From: Rickettsiaceae bacterium
GTDB lineage: Bacteria; Pseudomonadota; Alphaproteobacteria; Rickettsiales; Rickettsiaceae
DNA length: 64,000 nt
Assembly (NCBI GenBank): GCA_965233855.1
Contig: OZ247586.1
Location: forward strand, 788,835 to 852,834
Direction of reading: 5' to 3'
Part shown: positions 31,012-39,905 of the stretch, piece by piece
Position numbering within the stretch: position 1 is the stretch's first letter
Layout of the letters: every line of letters starts with the position of its first letter
Program-made: the position numbers and the translations under genes
Notes under the pieces: generated by a model
The model's input: the letters and a program-made list of their open reading frames with translations, nothing else
What the model was told of the DNA's origin: nothing
Database searches by the model: none

Positions 31012-31163
31012 AAAGGAATATTATTTTCTAAATATTAAATTTCACTATAAAATTATAATATGCAGAATATTTTTTAGTTCAACGCAATTTTAATGGAAAG
31101 GCTATTTTACTCAATAAATTGGTTTATTAAGTGAAGAAAATATTTTCATTCCCCTCTTTGTTC

Positions 31164-32144
31164 TTAGTTAACCCGAACTATGTATAAGAAAAGGACTGCA
31201 TAGCTAGTGATATTGGGGTATTCTGTATTTTTGCAATCTAAAAAAGGTACCCCAATGAATATAGATTACGATAGTTTGTTCTGCTTTGTCGATGATTTTT
31301 GTAAAGGATTTGAAAATTGGTACAAAAAGACACTCATTACCAGTGGTATTAGAAAGCGTAATAAACCATGTAAAATGAGCTTGTCAGAAATAATAACTAT
31401 CCTGATAGCTTTCCATCAATCTGGAATGTCATGCTTTAAATATTTTTACCTAGAACTTATGAGGAATCACAGAAACTTATTCAGCTACTTAGTACATTAC
31501 GATCGCTTTACAGCACTAATAAAACTTGCTTTCCCTGCTGTGGTTTGCATGCTTAAAAGCCTTGAAGGTAAGGTAACAGAATATATGTTTATAGATGCAA
31601 CGCCTATGGCTGTTTGTCATAATCTTCGAGAAAAAAGACATAAAGTTTTTAAAGGATTAGCTAAAAAAGGCAAGACTTCTACTGGTTGGTTTTTTGGCTT
31701 TAAGTTGCACTTTATTCTCAATACATTCGGAGAAATTGTAAGTATGACTATTACTGGTGGCAACGTTAATGATCGTTCTCCAGTTATGGAAATGGTGAAA
31801 GGTATTACTGGTAAACTTATTGGTGATAAAGGGTATATATCCAAAAAACTATCCGCTGAATTATTTGAACAAAAAGTGACTTTGATTACTAAAATCAAAA
31901 AGAATATGAAAAATATTTTAATGGATACTACAGATAAAATGATGTTGATGCGTCGTAGTTTTATTGAGACTATATTCTCCTCTATGAAGTCATTGAATAC
32001 TTTGATTCATAGTAGGCACAGATCACCTATCAACGCTTTTTCTCACTTATTTGCTGGACTCATAAATTACCAAATTAGAACTGATAAACCATCTCTAGAT
32101 CAAATGGTAAAATTAGATTCTTATGCATAGTTGGGGTTAGTTAG
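31164..32144 (+). mobile_element. IS982-family insertion sequence (~0.98 kb)
   Basis: Left end TTAGTTAACCCGAACTATG (31164-31182). Reverse complement of the right end, CTAACTAACCCCAACTATG (32126-32144), matches at 15/19. The transposase stop lies inside the right repeat. Confidence 0.8.
31255..32130 (+). CDS. IS982-family transposase (apparently intact)
   Basis: MNIDYDSLFCFVDDFC N-terminus, FIDATPMAVC, GFKLHFILN, LIGDKGYIS and IETIFSSMK blocks typical of IS982 transposases. The ATG at 31255 is preferred over the upstream GTG. Confidence 0.85.
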   Translation: MNIDYDSLFCFVDDFCKGFENWYKKTLITSGIRKRNKPCKMSLSEIITILIAFHQSGMSCFKYFYLELMRNHRNLFSYLVHYDRFTALIKLAFPAVVCMLKSLEGKVTEYMFIDATPMAVCHNLREKRHKVFKGLAKKGKTSTGWFFGFKLHFILNTFGEIVSMTITGGNVNDRSPVMEMVKGITGKLIGDKGYISKKLSAELFEQKVTLITKIKKNMKNILMDTTDKMMLMRRSFIETIFSSMKSLNTLIHSRHRSPINAFSHLFAGLINYQIRTDKPSLDQMVKLDSYA

Positions 32145-32231
32145 AGTGTGGCTTAAGATACTTCTTTGCTCTTTCGCTAGGATAACACTGAGTTTTTGTT
32201 GGCAAAAGAGGTGTTACTCTCACACCAATCC

Positions 32232-32492
32232 CTACTGAATAATATGCTGCATAATGTGATCAACAAAAATTTTGAGCTTACCAAACATATATGGAATAAC
32301 TAATAGCATACTAAAATACACAGCAATAATTTTAGGTACAAAAGTTAGCGTTTGCTCCTGAATCTGAGTTAAGGCTTGAAATAATGAAATGATCAAGCCA
32401 ACACCAAGAGCAAGAAGCAAAACTGGTGTTGACATCATAATCAATACATATACAGCTTCTCTTCCTATCTCACCTACAAACCCCGGATCCAT
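32232..32492 (-). CDS. fliQ: Flagellar export apparatus protein FliQ
   Basis: 86 aa, two TM segments, LLLALGVGLIISLFQALTQIQEQTLTFVPK block. Confidence 0.9.
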   Translation of the reverse strand: MDPGFVGEIGREAVYVLIMMSTPVLLLALGVGLIISLFQALTQIQEQTLTFVPKIIAVYFSMLLVIPYMFGKLKIFVDHIMQHIIQ

Positions 32493-32509
32493 CTACGCGC
32501 CTCTAATTA

Positions 32510-33262
32510 TTAAAATGGAGATACTATATCAATAACCTGCGACCCAACTCTCGGCTGCTGAACGTCACTTACTACACCACGACCGCCATACGAAATACGC
32601 GCTTCAGCCATTTGGTTAGTTCCAATTGTGTTGTCACTAGTGATATCTTTTGGTCTGATAATACCAGCAACTTTCACTTCACGTAATTCATAATTAACTC
32701 GAACCTCTTGGTGCCCCTGCACCACAAGATTACCATTAGGCAAAACCTTTGTAACGGTAGCTGCTATTTCTGTTTTAATATCCTCTTTACGCGATATTTT
32801 ACCACTGCCATTATGGTTTCGTTTACTATTCGTACTAACTAACGAACCTAAATTAGCAGTTGATGGAAGATTGGCTTGAATTGCTTTTTCCTTACCGAAC
32901 AAATTTGGGATACCTAAAGAATCACTTCCACTTCTATCCTGCTTAGTTGAATTATCCAAACTAGCATTATCTTTTATTTCAACAAGAACTCTAATAATAT
33001 CGCCGACTTTCCATGCCCTACTATCTCTAAAAAACTTTGTAGCTCCTGGTTGCCATAGAGAATTGGTTTTACGCATGTGAGCATGCTGACTTCTAAGCCT
33101 TGCTTCTCTACGTTCTATCTCTTCTTCATCTTCTTCTATTGTTGGAAGTTCAATGCTTTCAAACTGAGGAGCTTTCCCAACTCTCTTCAATCTATCAACA
33201 GTATCATTACATGCCGCCAGCAAAAAAAGCGATAATACTATCGCTAAAAATTTATTCATCAT
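32510..33262 (-). CDS. flgH: Flagellar L-ring lipoprotein FlgH
   Basis: Lipobox LLAAC, SLWQPG..FFRDSRAWKVGDIIRV block and VSDVQQP tail. Confidence 0.9.
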   Translation of the reverse strand: MMNKFLAIVLSLFLLAACNDTVDRLKRVGKAPQFESIELPTIEEDEEEIERREARLRSQHAHMRKTNSLWQPGATKFFRDSRAWKVGDIIRVLVEIKDNASLDNSTKQDRSGSDSLGIPNLFGKEKAIQANLPSTANLGSLVSTNSKRNHNGSGKISRKEDIKTEIAATVTKVLPNGNLVVQGHQEVRVNYELREVKVAGIIRPKDITSDNTIGTNQMAEARISYGGRGVVSDVQQPRVGSQVIDIVSPF

Positions 33263-33942
33263 TTACCACCCACTTGTACAGTGTTTTTATTTATTATTTG
33301 ACCAAGCAAAACCGCTCCAGAAGAAGAGTTCTTAACTTTAATCATATCTCCTACAGCTCCAGATCCAAGGGCTACACCCATTGTTTTAAGGCTAATTGTT
33401 CCAGAAGAATATATGATATTTACTGGGTCATTATTTTTAAGCACTTGAGGGCTGGAAACATCACTTATTTTAAACATTCTGCCAACTGCAATATACTTCT
33501 TAGCTTGCATACCAACTACCTCAGCTTCTTCAGTTGCATAACCATTTTTTATTGCATCTAGCCTAATTTTTTTAGAAGCAACATCTGAAGATTGTATAAT
33601 TTCACCGAATTTGATATATCTTCCAGCAACTGGCGCCATTACATAAGAAATATACTTTCCTGACAAAGAATCTATTTTTTCATCATTATAATGAATTTGC
33701 ACTCTAAAACTTGAAAATTTAGGATCAAACTTTTCTAAGATTATAGATTTAATCTCCTCTTGTTTTTCTTTGATTCGCAAAAGCTTATTTTTTGAATTAT
33801 ATTGCTGCTCAACAATCACTCGGCTATCAGTAATCTTTTCCTGCAAAAGCCCTTGAATTGTAGAATCAATAAAATTTTCAGCTGCAAACGCTGAGCTTAC
33901 CAATAAAATTATAGCTGGTAAAAAAAGGATTTTCAATTTCAT
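33259..33942 (-). CDS. flgA: Flagellar P-ring assembly chaperone FlgA
   Basis: Signal peptide, C-terminal SAF-like GDMIKVKNSSSGAVLLGQII block. ATGA overlap with flgH, and position between flgG and flgH. Confidence 0.75.
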   Translation of the reverse strand: MKLKILFLPAIILLVSSAFAAENFIDSTIQGLLQEKITDSRVIVEQQYNSKNKLLRIKEKQEEIKSIILEKFDPKFSSFRVQIHYNDEKIDSLSGKYISYVMAPVAGRYIKFGEIIQSSDVASKKIRLDAIKNGYATEEAEVVGMQAKKYIAVGRMFKISDVSSPQVLKNNDPVNIIYSSGTISLKTMGVALGSGAVGDMIKVKNSSSGAVLLGQIINKNTVQVGGK

Positions 33943-34083
33943 TCTATAAATATAATTTAATTTCTAAATACATAAGCATAAACAACTATAATAATGCTAT
34001 ACCCAAAATCATCAACTTCAATACAGCACTTTCCTAAACGTCTTAAAAACTATGCGCACAGTAACACGCAATAATTTAAATTA

Positions 34084-34878
34084 CTATTTAATTTGATTCG
34101 TAGTTTCTAGGATCTTATCTTGAGTACTAATTACTCTTGTATTTAGCTCATATGCACGCTGTGCTTCAATTAATTTAGTCAGCTCTTCAACCGCTTTTAC
34201 GTTTGAAGTTTCTAAAAAGCCCTGTTTGAATCTGCCAGTTGTCTCTTCTACCGCAATAGCTTCACCAGAGCCAACAGTTTCAATCAACATATTATTTCCT
34301 ATTGCCTCTAAGCCGCTTTCATTAGGAAAAGTAAAAATTTCTATCTGGCCAATTTCGATATTTTGTGCAGGATCATTTGGATCTTGTGCTGTAATTAAAC
34401 CACTTTCAGATATTTGAACATTTTCAGTTACAATATCAGCAGGAATAGGAATGGCCGTGGCTAAGGAATTACCATCCGGAGTAATGATATTACCACTTTC
34501 AGGATCTCTTTGAAATGCACCAGTTTTTGTATAACCAGTTCTACCATTTGGCAGCTGCACCGCAAAATAACCATTTCCAGTAATTGCAATATCTAGCGGA
34601 TGGAATGTTTGACGCAAAGCTCCTTGTTCCATATTTCTAAAAGTACCTATAACCCTTGTACCCATACCAACCTGAACGCCGATTGGTCTTGGCGCAGCTT
34701 CTGCATTCTCAAGAATTCCAGCTCTTTTTAGATTAACGTAAAACAAATCAGAAAAAGTAGCTTCCACTCTCTTGTAACCATCTGTATTAACATTTGCAAC
34801 ATTATTTGCAATCGTATCAATTCTTAATTGCTGCGCTTGTGCACCTGTTACTGCTGCACTCATTGCTACTGAAGCCAT
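34084..34878 (-). CDS. flgG: Flagellar distal rod protein FlgG
   Basis: N-terminal QQLRIDTIANNVANVNTDGYKR and C-terminal GFLETSNV..EELTKLIEAQRAYE rod-protein blocks. 264 aa. Confidence 0.92.
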   Translation of the reverse strand: MASVAMSAAVTGAQAQQLRIDTIANNVANVNTDGYKRVEATFSDLFYVNLKRAGILENAEAAPRPIGVQVGMGTRVIGTFRNMEQGALRQTFHPLDIAITGNGYFAVQLPNGRTGYTKTGAFQRDPESGNIITPDGNSLATAIPIPADIVTENVQISESGLITAQDPNDPAQNIEIGQIEIFTFPNESGLEAIGNNMLIETVGSGEAIAVEETTGRFKQGFLETSNVKAVEELTKLIEAQRAYELNTRVISTQDKILETTNQIK

Positions 34879-34892
34879 AATTTTCTCCTAAT

Positions 34893-35693
34893 TTATTTCG
34901 TTAGTTTTTGTATTGACAAAGTTTCTGTCTCATTTACATTTGACATTAAATCTGTAGTTAAACCGTATGATCTCTGCATCTCAATCATTTGTGCCATTGC
35001 CAAGGTTGAGTTCACATTTGAAGCTCTTAACGCTCCCGATATGATAGTAAACTCCTCTAAAACCCTGTCATTACCTTGAATTGCATATAAATTTCCACCT
35101 TCTTTAATAATGGGATCTGCTGTATCAAATACAAACACTCCTAAAATACCTACCTCTTCTTGGTCAACAAAAATCGAGCCATTCTGAGTAATATCAATCG
35201 TCTGAAAATCATCTGGTATTTCTATCGGTGCATTTTCTGCACTTAAATACGCATAACCACTAGAATTTACTAGTACACCTTGATTATTAATTAACATCGA
35301 TCCATCTAAAGTATACCTTGCCCCGCGCGGAGTCGCAACTTTTAAATACCCTTCTCCACCAATAGTAACATCCGTAGGTCTATTAGTTACTTTTATCCCA
35401 CCTTGGTCGCCTGTTCGATATGTTGTTTCCGCCCAAGCAAATGAATTATTTCTTTTGGAGTTTTGTTTTAAATTTACGTTCCTAAACAAAACTGCATCTT
35501 GCTCAAAACCAACTGTGTTCGAATTAGCAACATTATTTGATACAACCTCAAGTTGAGCTTTGCGTGCTATCTGGTTAGACAATGCGACATATGAGGCATT
35601 ATTAGCTTCAGCTGCATTGCATAAAAAGAACAGCTCAAACAGCAAAACAAACAAAAAATATAAAGATAGTTTGTGTATCGAAATATGCATCAT
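34893..35693 (-). CDS. flgF: Flagellar proximal rod protein FlgF with an unusual hydrophobic N-terminal extension
   Basis: YVALSNQIARKAQLEVVSNNVANSNTVGFE and C-terminal GALRASNVN..MIEMQRSY blocks. About 30 extra N-terminal residues (MMHISIHKLSLYFLFVLLFELFFLCNAAEA). Confidence 0.85.
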   Translation of the reverse strand: MMHISIHKLSLYFLFVLLFELFFLCNAAEANNASYVALSNQIARKAQLEVVSNNVANSNTVGFEQDAVLFRNVNLKQNSKRNNSFAWAETTYRTGDQGGIKVTNRPTDVTIGGEGYLKVATPRGARYTLDGSMLINNQGVLVNSSGYAYLSAENAPIEIPDDFQTIDITQNGSIFVDQEEVGILGVFVFDTADPIIKEGGNLYAIQGNDRVLEEFTIISGALRASNVNSTLAMAQMIEMQRSYGLTTDLMSNVNETETLSIQKLTK

Positions 35694-35862
35694 ATAATCA
35701 CTTTAGTATGTATTTTAGTAATTTAAGCTGTTTTTTTTATTTAGTATAAATATATTGAACATTTTAGTAGAAAAAATTTCAGCTTTCATGTATTTTGATC
35801 TACAATTACAAAAAATACTACAAAATGTTAAGATTTTCAACACAAAACTAAAACTAACAAGT

Positions 35863-36417
35863 ATGGCAAAAAACACAGGTGAAAAAGAAGAAGAGCCTCT
35901 AACACCCACAGAAGCACCTGATGATGGGAATAATGAAAGTGAAAAAGATGATAAAAAGAAGAAAATAAAAAAAATACTTTTAATCACTACTCCAATTATT
36001 ATTGCTATTATTGGCGCTGTGTATTTTTTCTTTTTTGTAATAAAAGCGCCTAAACACGATAATGGACAAGAAGTTCATCAATCAAAAGACAAGGAAAAAG
36101 TCGCGTTAGAGTCAAACACTTATCTTGATGTTGACCCTATAACAGTTGGTTTAACAGCTTCGGGCAGCAAAAAAGAGTATCTTAGATTAGATCTATCTTT
36201 AAGACTTAACTCGGAAGAAGAAAGCACCGCAATTTTGACCAAAATGCCAATAATTAAAGATACTTTAATTACTTTTCTAAGAAGCCTTAGATCAACTGAT
36301 TTTAATAGCTCAAGTAGCGCTATATATTTAAAAGAAGAAATATCTAAAAGAATAAATAAAATAACAGCTCCTATTGTAATTAAAGAAGTTTTATTTCAAG
36401 AAATTACCGTTAATTAG
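35863..36417 (+). CDS. fliL: Flagellar basal-body-associated protein FliL
   Basis: Charged N-terminus, a single TM segment (LLITTPIIIAIIGAVYFFFF), then a FliL-like periplasmic domain (YLDVDPITVGL..YLRLDLSL...IKDTLITFLRS). The ATG at 35863 is preferred over the TTG at 35755. Upstream of fliM. Confidence 0.8.
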   Translation: MAKNTGEKEEEPLTPTEAPDDGNNESEKDDKKKKIKKILLITTPIIIAIIGAVYFFFFVIKAPKHDNGQEVHQSKDKEKVALESNTYLDVDPITVGLTASGSKKEYLRLDLSLRLNSEEESTAILTKMPIIKDTLITFLRSLRSTDFNSSSSAIYLKEEISKRINKITAPIVIKEVLFQEITVN

Positions 36418-36439
36418 TTAAAACAATTAATAATTAAAA

Positions 36440-37390
36440 ATGACAAAAGAACAAGCCACAACTGAAGAAGCACAGACAAAAAAAGAAGAGCAATCATCTT
36501 CTGAGCTTAAAGGTATAAAAGCTGTTTTAGAGCAATCGTTGCAATCATACGATAAGCTACCTATGCTTGAGATCATCTTTGAAAAATTTATTAGACAGCT
36601 AAGCACGTCTCTTCGAAACTTAACCTCTGAACCAGTAGATATAACAATATCAGACTTCTCATCCTTAAGATTTGGAAACTATTTTGATTCATTAAAAACC
36701 CCTTCTTCAATTGTGGTTTTTAAAGCAGTAGAGTGGGGAAATTTAGGATTACTAATCTTAGAAAACAATATGATCTTCTCATTTGTAGACATATTATTAG
36801 GCGGAAAAAAGAACACTCTACAAAGCGATTCAAATGATCCAGAAAGAATATTAACTTCAATTGAACAAGGCTTAGCTAGACAAATTTCAGAAATTATCTT
36901 AATGGAATTAAGTCATGCGTTTGACCAAATCAGCCCTACTACTTTTTCATTTGAGCGCCTTGAGAACAACCCAAATTTTGTGACTATTTCTAGACCTGGA
37001 GACGCTGTTATAGTTCTAAGACTTAAAATAGAAATTGATGAACAAGTAAAAAATGTAGAACTTCTTATTCCGTACAAGACGATTGAACCAGTAAAAGAAC
37101 AAATGCAACAAGTGTTTTTAGGTGACAAATTTGGAATAGATCAAGAATGGGAACGACTACTCTCTGAAACTGTACATAATGTTGATCTACCCATTGAGGC
37201 TGTAATTTCTAATAAAGTTTCAACTGTAGAAGAAATCGCTAAACTCAAAATTGGCGATACATTTATTATGGATCATGCTAAAGATAAAGATATTATAATT
37301 AGAAGTGGGCCAACCCCCTTATTTACAGGCAAAATTGGTAAAGTAGACAACAAAGTTGCTATTAATTTAAAAAGTTTATTTGAAGGATAA
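36440..37390 (+). CDS. fliM: Flagellar motor switch protein FliM
   Basis: LPMLEIIFEKFIRQLSTSLRNL, RFGNY and FSFVDILLGG blocks as in alphaproteobacterial FliM. 316 aa. Confidence 0.88.
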   Translation: MTKEQATTEEAQTKKEEQSSSELKGIKAVLEQSLQSYDKLPMLEIIFEKFIRQLSTSLRNLTSEPVDITISDFSSLRFGNYFDSLKTPSSIVVFKAVEWGNLGLLILENNMIFSFVDILLGGKKNTLQSDSNDPERILTSIEQGLARQISEIILMELSHAFDQISPTTFSFERLENNPNFVTISRPGDAVIVLRLKIEIDEQVKNVELLIPYKTIEPVKEQMQQVFLGDKFGIDQEWERLLSETVHNVDLPIEAVISNKVSTVEEIAKLKIGDTFIMDHAKDKDIIIRSGPTPLFTGKIGKVDNKVAINLKSLFEG

Positions 37391-37394
37391 TGTA

Positions 37395-37952
37395 ATGATT
37401 ATTTTAGATATTTTATTATTGATCATGACAGTAATATGCGTAGTATATTGTTGGATGCTGAATAGACGCATACAAGATTTGCAAAATAGCAGAATTGAAT
37501 TTGCAAGAATGATCAAGGAACTTAATGCATCAATAGTAAAAGCTGAGAATAATGTAAATGAAATGAGCGAGCTCAGTAAAATTACTAGCAATGAAATAAA
37601 AGCTATTGTTGGCGAAGCAAAAGATGTTTCTTCTGAATTGGTTACAATCAGCGAAGTTGCTAGCGAATTATATGCAAAGTTAAATGACAAATCTAACAAT
37701 ATGCATAACGCTGATGCTGCCGAAGAAATGACCTCAGAAGGAGATATTTATGAAAATATTAGCTCAAAAGCTGGAGAAAGATTTACATCTGATGATCTAG
37801 CTCCCCCATCTGATGATGAGAATACAACATATACGAATCATCTAAAAAACTTTATACAAAACATTGTAACTAAAAAGTCTGATGAACAAAATACAAATTT
37901 GAACCAGACAAGCTACTACGACACATTAAGAAAAATAAACGCTAAAAAATGA
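37395..37952 (+). CDS. Hypothetical single-TM coiled-coil protein inside the flagellar operon
   Basis: MIILDILLLIMTVICVVYCWML TM segment, then a heptad-like helical region and an acidic tail. Abuts the fliM stop and overlaps the next gene by 4 nt (ATGA). Confidence 0.6.
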   Translation: MIILDILLLIMTVICVVYCWMLNRRIQDLQNSRIEFARMIKELNASIVKAENNVNEMSELSKITSNEIKAIVGEAKDVSSELVTISEVASELYAKLNDKSNNMHNADAAEEMTSEGDIYENISSKAGERFTSDDLAPPSDDENTTYTNHLKNFIQNIVTKKSDEQNTNLNQTSYYDTLRKINAKK

Positions 37953-38608
37953 AAACAAGCTTATTTTCGCCAATATTAGTTCTATTAATCCTTACTTTGT
38001 TCGCCAAAGCATCCATGCTTTTTGGTCGAATTCAGGAGCAAACGACCTATGCAATGGATACTAACACCTCTTCAATCTTAGTTAATACTGCTTATGCGAA
38101 TTCATCAAATAAAGATCCACATGCTCCATCAAAAGCAACAAGCAATCCAGCTGCCATAGCACCAATAGTTAAGACACCGAGAAAAAGTGATTTAATAGAC
38201 AATCTTACTCGCTCCGAAATGGATCTTCTTAAAGAATTATCAAAAAGAAGAGATTCTCTAGATAAAGAAAAGACAGATTTGAATGTTAGAGAGCAAGTGT
38301 TAAAAGCGACTGAAAATAAAATTGATAAAAAAGTTGTAGAGCTTAAAGCCCTTCAAACACAGCTTGAAGACTTAATGAAGCAATATGAAAAGAAAGAAAA
38401 TAGTAAGATTCTTAGCCTTGTAAAGATTTATGAAACGATGAAACCAAAGGATGCTGCCAAAATCTTTAATGAACTTGAAATGCCAGTACTACTTCGAGTA
38501 GTAAGCAATATGAAAGAAGTTAAAGTAGCGCCAGTTATAGCAAGCATGGATCCGGCAAAAGCTAGAGAATTATCGATCGAGTTATCAAAACAAAAACCTA
38601 TCGATTGA
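37949..38608 (+). CDS. MotE/FlbB-like flagellar protein (MgtE_N-type C-terminal domain)
   Basis: Signal/TM N-terminus, a coiled-coil middle, and C-terminal MKPKDAAKIFNELEMPVLLRVVSNMKEVKVAPVIASMDPAKARELSIEL, which matches the MotE-family signature from memory. Confidence 0.6.
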   Translation: MKTSLFSPILVLLILTLFAKASMLFGRIQEQTTYAMDTNTSSILVNTAYANSSNKDPHAPSKATSNPAAIAPIVKTPRKSDLIDNLTRSEMDLLKELSKRRDSLDKEKTDLNVREQVLKATENKIDKKVVELKALQTQLEDLMKQYEKKENSKILSLVKIYETMKPKDAAKIFNELEMPVLLRVVSNMKEVKVAPVIASMDPAKARELSIELSKQKPID

Positions 38609-38633
38609 TAATTAAAATTATAGAAAGACAACT

Positions 38634-38747
38634 ATGAATCTATATTTATTAGCAGCATATTCTTTTACCTTCATTGCATTAGTTAGCATTCTAATAAAAA
38701 CAACTTATAACTACAAAAGAAGCCGTGCAAACCAGAAAAAAAAATAG
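38634..38747 (+). CDS. ccmD: Probable heme exporter protein CcmD (37 aa, not in the ORF track)
   Basis: MNLYLLAAYSFTFIALVSILIKTTYNYKRSRANQKKK: one TM segment plus a basic tail. Overlaps the ccmE start by 23 nt, which is the usual ccmD-ccmE arrangement. Confidence 0.5.
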   Translation: MNLYLLAAYSFTFIALVSILIKTTYNYKRSRANQKKK

Positions 38748-39156
38748 ACTCATAACTATTTCAGTCATGTTATTTCTTTGCTCATCTGGAGTATATTTTA
38801 TACTTTCAAATCTAAATGATAATATTGTTTTTTTTCATCCTCCATCCGAAATAAACAAAATCCAACTCAATAACAACAAAGTCCGAGTGGGAGGCTTGGT
38901 AAAAGAAGGATCGATCATTAAAATCAGTGATAATGAAATTATATTTACCATCACTGATCATATAGCCGATCTCAAAATAACGTATAAAGGCCTATTACCC
39001 GCACTATTTAGAGAAAAACAAGGTATAGTAGCAGAAGGCCTATTAATAAGCCCTAATTTATTTAAAGCAAAAAGACTTCTAGCCAAACACGATGAAAACT
39101 ACACCCCCCCAGAACTTGCTCGTATTGTTGAAAGAAAAAATCAAAATAATAACTAA
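38725..39156 (+). CDS. ccmE: Cytochrome c-type biogenesis heme chaperone CcmE
   Basis: GTG start giving MQTRKKNRL, an N-terminal TM anchor, VRVGGLVKEGS, and LAKHDENYTPPE (heme-binding His block). Confidence 0.9.
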   Translation: MQTRKKNRLITISVMLFLCSSGVYFILSNLNDNIVFFHPPSEINKIQLNNNKVRVGGLVKEGSIIKISDNEIIFTITDHIADLKITYKGLLPALFREKQGIVAEGLLISPNLFKAKRLLAKHDENYTPPELARIVERKNQNNN

Positions 39157-39266
39157 AAATTTACTTTATTCTCACTTAATATTTTTTTAGAGCCGCATTG
39201 GCATTACGAGCTCTAGATAAATAAAAAATTAATTTCTTTAACTTGATGAAACTTCAGTAACGCTTT

Positions 39267-39803
39267 CTAGTCAGTCATTGCAGGGGTAAATATTGTCACA
39301 AGCAAAATAGCTAAGCAGCAAGCTAATATAAAAATAACTCTATAGGATTTTGAAAAATTAAATTTACAATCTAATAGATATATTATTGATGCGATGATAC
39401 CAGAGAAAAAAGTCTCTACAACCCCACTTGATATAGATCTACCTGACGAAAAAGAAAAAATAGTTAGCACGAAAAATCCTGGCATCAAATATAAGAAAGA
39501 AAATAAAAATGATTTATTCCTCTTGTAACAAGCAGAAATGACAAGAGACACAAAAACAGCCGCGCCAATTACAAGGAAATATACACCATACAACGCCCAA
39601 AACATGTCCCAACTATAGGTTCTATAAGTTGAAATTGATATTGGCACGAAAACTATCCCAGATAGAATATACCATATGAGTGCAATTCCAACGAGATGCT
39701 TTTGTTGCTTACCAAGTTTATTACTCCCAATAATCACAAAAAACATGAGATATGTAATAAAATATAGTTTTAAAAAAATAACTGCATTATCGGATAAATA
39801 CAT
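39267..39803 (-). CDS. Hypothetical polytopic membrane protein
   Basis: 178 aa with about 5 hydrophobic segments. No recognised motif. Confidence 0.45.
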   Translation of the reverse strand: MYLSDNAVIFLKLYFITYLMFFVIIGSNKLGKQQKHLVGIALIWYILSGIVFVPISISTYRTYSWDMFWALYGVYFLVIGAAVFVSLVISACYKRNKSFLFSFLYLMPGFFVLTIFSFSSGRSISSGVVETFFSGIIASIIYLLDCKFNFSKSYRVIFILACCLAILLVTIFTPAMTD

Positions 39804-39905
39804 AACTTATAATGTCTATAAACACAATTTTTTTGCAAAAGAGAAGAATCAAGTACGCTAATTGAACTAATAATAAACTTAGAACCTACTACTTAAAAGA
39901 CAATA

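Noticed and set aside
33100-33561. 153-aa plus-strand ORF antisense to flgH/flgA. Likewise 40948-41475 (antisense to rnhA/sspB), 54552-54998 (antisense to infB) and 56262-56825 (antisense to nusA)
   Set aside because: These are long antisense ORFs opposite well-supported genes in AT-rich DNA. Their composition (Ser/Leu/Phe/Ile-rich, many Cys) looks non-coding, and there is no independent support.
35715-35987. 90-aa minus-strand ORF in the flgF/fliL divergent spacer, and 37376-37699 antisense to the 186-aa gene
   Set aside because: Poly-Phe/Ser low-complexity translations that overlap the fliL 5' region and the coiled-coil gene. Probably spurious.
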